Positions 63,803-64,000 of a DNA stretch of 64,000 nucleotides are shown here, piece after piece; positions within the stretch are counted from its first letter, which is position 1, and every line of letters begins with the position of its first letter. Source of the stretch: Phoronis australis (taxonomy: Eukaryota > Animalia > Phoronida); the NCBI GenBank assembly GCA_002633005.1, contig NMRA01000482.1, positions 139,462 through 203,461 on the forward strand, read 5' to 3'. The notes under the pieces were generated by a model. That model searched no databases. It was not told the DNA's origin and saw only the letters and a list, made by a program, of their open reading frames with translations. Position numbers and translations under genes: made by a program.

Positions 63803-64000
63803 GTAGGTCATACATTTGTGACATGAGAACATCAAACATTAAAACGAAGTGTGTATCATCAATAATAGAAATTTTAATTGTTGTTCGAATGAAATTGAAC
63901 TACCAAAGCAGCGGTACTATGCTTTGCGTATATTGTATTCATTAGGTAAAGTTAGTGAAAATTCATACGCAAATTGAAGCCCTTTTTGTATTTAGGGCTT

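Overview
Eukaryotic, intron-rich, AT-rich genomic DNA from an invertebrate animal (inferred, probably a marine deuterostome; draft assembly with N-joined allelic overlaps). I reconstructed three genes by hand from GT-AG splice sites and frame continuity. (1) ASNSD1: minus strand, 12 coding exons, 9053-21799, 711 aa. (2) A divergent mucolipin/TRPML channel: minus strand, 13 coding exons, 27394-43358, about 556 aa, NGDE filter. (3) A Toll-like receptor: plus strand, a 10-nt start exon at 51961-51970 spliced to 56613-59359, 918 aa, head-to-head with the mucolipin. A fourth gene (TATA/Inr promoter plus a signal-peptide exon) starts at the right edge. The first ~8.2 kb has no credible coding exon and looks like a long plus-strand 3' UTR. 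Introns hold many non-autonomous TIR elements (three families with 5-bp TSDs, and a perfect 72-bp hairpin with a 9-bp TSD beside the ASNSD1 start), a probable solo LTR, a tRNA-derived SINE and minisatellites. Three apparent tandem duplications are centred on N gaps and are most likely haplotype artefacts. The most interesting inference is an endolysosomal immune pair: a TRPML with a CLEAR-like box divergently transcribed from a TLR with a Z-loop-like insert, a YxxPhi motif and a non-Pro BB loop.
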